DNA of 60,432 nt, filler included. It is 3 parts of 3 records of this genome, joined end to end, with 100 filler letters (N's around TTAATTAATTAA, not from the genome) between each part and the next. Parts side by side here need not be neighbours in the genome. Positions count along the whole stretch, not along the records: positions 38,197 to 60,432 come from DRR723986_31985; 2 more parts are not named here. One strand, given 5' to 3'. Below, one piece after another: positions 58,829 through 60,432 of the stretch. A program made the position numbers and the translations under genes. The first letter of the stretch is position 1; each line of letters opens with the position of its first letter. The notes beneath the pieces are model-generated. The model saw only the letters and a list, made by a program, of their open reading frames with translations. It was not told the DNA's origin and searched no databases.

Positions 58829-59368
58829 TTATGATGAGGTTCTGTTCAATTCATTGATTTTACGAACAATTAAATAGGGTTCTGATAGCTTCTCTAAACT
58901 GTATTCACCTGCCTTAATTTTTTCAATCAAAATAAGTGCAGCCTCTTCAATATCTTGATAGAAATCCTCCAAGATTACATATAACTGACCATTTTCATTT
59001 TTTGTCAAATGTACATTAGCATTGTTTACACCATCTCTATGTCCGATTGTTATCTTTTTTTGGTTGTGCTTAAATTGATGAATCATAGGACATCTAAAGT
59101 CACCATAAAACCAGATTTCATCAACTTCATCTAAGTACTTCTTGTATTTGTCTCCCATTAAAATCATTCCTTTTCGAAATCTCTTTTTAGATAATCCTTC
59201 CTTTTCAAAAGGGTGCATATCCTGACACGCTCCAAGGAACTCAATACCTTGAATTAATATCAAAAACTTTATATAAGGAGCTTCTTCAAAATGAACTAAT
59301 TCACTCATTTCTTTCAAGAAGACGCTGTTTATGAAGTCAATCACATCTTGCTTATGCTCTGTATTCAT
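58829..59368 (-). CDS. Orphan protein with putative HEPN-type RNase motif
   Basis: Helical 179 aa. GIE43FLG and Y..FR92CPMIH97 (R-x4-H). AT-richer than the flanking porU-like gene. Confidence 0.6.
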   Translation of the reverse strand: MNTEHKQDVIDFINSVFLKEMSELVHFEEAPYIKFLILIQGIEFLGACQDMHPFEKEGLSKKRFRKGMILMGDKYKKYLDEVDEIWFYGDFRCPMIHQFKHNQKKITIGHRDGVNNANVHLTKNENGQLYVILEDFYQDIEEAALILIEKIKAGEYSLEKLSEPYLIVRKINELNRTSS

Positions 59369-59420
59369 TTATTTAAGTATTATATTTCTTATAATATAAC
59401 CAATTAAAGCCTTTTAAATA

Positions 59421-59560
59421 CCTCACTGAGCGCAACCTAGACCTTGCCGTCGCTAGGTAAAATATTCCAGCTCTACAGCCCCCACTAAGCATAGTCTAGG
59501 CATTGAGGCTGCTAGGTGTAATTTGTAATTACACCTACTTATCCTTTTCAATTTGAAATT
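59421..59560 (+). repeat. Hairpin repeat family X, right pair (copy 3: 59421-59458, partial; copy 4: 59479-59560)
   Basis: CTGAGCGCAACCTAGACCTTGCCGTCGCTAGGT and CTAAGCATAGTCTAGGCATTGAGGCTGCTAGGTGTAATTTGTAATTACACCTACTTATCCTTTTCAATTTGAAATT. Confidence 0.85.
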
Positions 59561-59572
59561 AAGCTTGATAAT

Positions 59573-59614
59573 TAGGGTGATGTTGCATCCCGATAATTAT
59601 CAGGATTCACCCTA
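59573..59614. repeat. Nested hairpin just downstream of tnpA
   Basis: TAGGGTGA...TCACCCTA enclosing the palindrome ATCCCGATAATTATCAGGAT (59587-59606). Confidence 0.75.
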
Positions 59615-59656
59615 TCAAACCCAACAACTTTAGTTTATGAAGCCGTCGAACATTCC

Positions 59657-60103
59657 TTACAGTAAATACTTAAGATCAAATTCAATCCCATGCTCTTCTA
59701 TGAGCCTTTTATACTCATCATAGAAATTCTCCTTTTTATGATGCTCTTCTTGATTTTTGATGTAATTAATTAGCTGGTCTTTGTCTCGATGGGAGACGGT
59801 AAAGGAGCCATACCCATCTTGCCATCCATTAAAATCAGGGAAGATTCCTTCTTCTTTAATGAAATCAATACTCGCTAATTTGATATCCTTGATCAGATTG
59901 GCTAGGGCAATTGTCGGGTGAATGTGCGTCAAAATATGAAGATGATCTTCCATGCCATTGATGCGATAGAGATGGCAGTTTTTGTTTTTAAGAAAGCCAT
60001 TCATATAGGCATATAGGCGGCGTTTGTTTTCAAGAACCATGGTTGGCTGTCTTTTGTAGGTACCATAAACAATATGGTAAATAAGCTGCGTGTGAGTGCT
60101 CAT
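59657..60103 (-). mobile_element. tnpA: HUH Y1 transposase (IS200/IS605 TnpA / REP-associated tyrosine transposase-like), no tnpB adjacent
   Basis: YHIVYGTYKR, HUH motif DHLHIL, WQDGYGSFTVS, catalytic YIKNQ. Hairpins on both sides. Confidence 0.92.
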
Positions 60104-60195
60104 AAAAATGTATTATTAAAAATGATGGCCAATATCTGTTAGATGAAAATAATAAAAAATGATGGGGATTTGGAAGGTGTCAATTTAAAAAGGTT

Positions 60196-60432
60196 CGACC
60201 CCGTTGGGGTCGTGGGGATGTCAAACTGGTTGTCGTTTTCCATGGGTTTCACCCATGGCTACTCATGGTTTGACCACTTCGTGGTCGGTCCTTTTAAAAA
60301 TTCTAAATGGGATACCTCATAGTATATTTTCATGATCCTGAAATGCCGGCCCGCCGTGACGGGGATAGAACCATGAATAGCCCCGTATGAAATGTGGAGA
60401 TAGAAGAATTAGAAGGAAGATTCATCGACGGT
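60196..60432. repeat. Inverted pair of three-hairpin REP-like units upstream of tnpA
   Basis: CGACCCC-GTT-GGGGTCG (60196-60212), CCATGGGT-TTC-ACCCATGG (60240-60258), GACCAC-TTC-GTGGTC (60272-60286). Linker GGCTACTCATGGTT recurs inverted as AACCATGAATAGCC (60369-60382) in a degenerate second unit that runs off the window. Confidence 0.85.

Noticed and set aside
58509-59560. Family-X repeats as a CRISPR array
   Set aside because: Units are ~80 bp, degenerate and irregularly spaced (one gap is ~690 bp and contains a gene). No cas genes are present.
58509-59560. Classical integron attC cassettes
   Set aside because: No RYYYAAC...GTTRRRY ends were recognised and no tyrosine integrase is in the window.

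Overview
The window is not one locus. It is three contigs joined by two artificial 100-bp spacers (44 N + TTAATTAATTAA + 44 N at 21324-21423 and 38097-38196). Contigs A (1-21323) and B (21424-38096) are AT-rich Flavobacteriaceae-like housekeeping DNA: fabF-rnc, pyk, dinB, a T9SS type-B adhesin/PorP-SprF/PorE-like trio, hflX, suf accessory genes, an M43 metalloprotease pseudogene missed by the ORF track, asparaginase, ALDH, DUF1800/DUF1501 and a moxR-bat operon. Contig C (38197-60432) is visibly GC-richer and looks like a different Bacteroidota lineage (Cytophagales/Algoriphagus-like, by inference). It carries purB, an ECF sigma/anti-sigma/twin beta-barrel/DUF4097 operon, a beta-CASP nuclease, PadR-PspC and a PorV-like/C25 sortase-like pair. 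The most interesting part is the last 2 kb. A solo HUH Y1 transposase (no tnpB) is flanked by multi-hairpin REP-like units, and a sister unit with the same architecture sits about 8 kb away. Next to it, an AT-rich orphan gene with a HEPN-type E...R-x4-H motif is bracketed by two pairs of a second, directly repeated hairpin element, resembling a repeat-delimited cargo cassette. No rRNA, tRNA or CRISPR array was seen.
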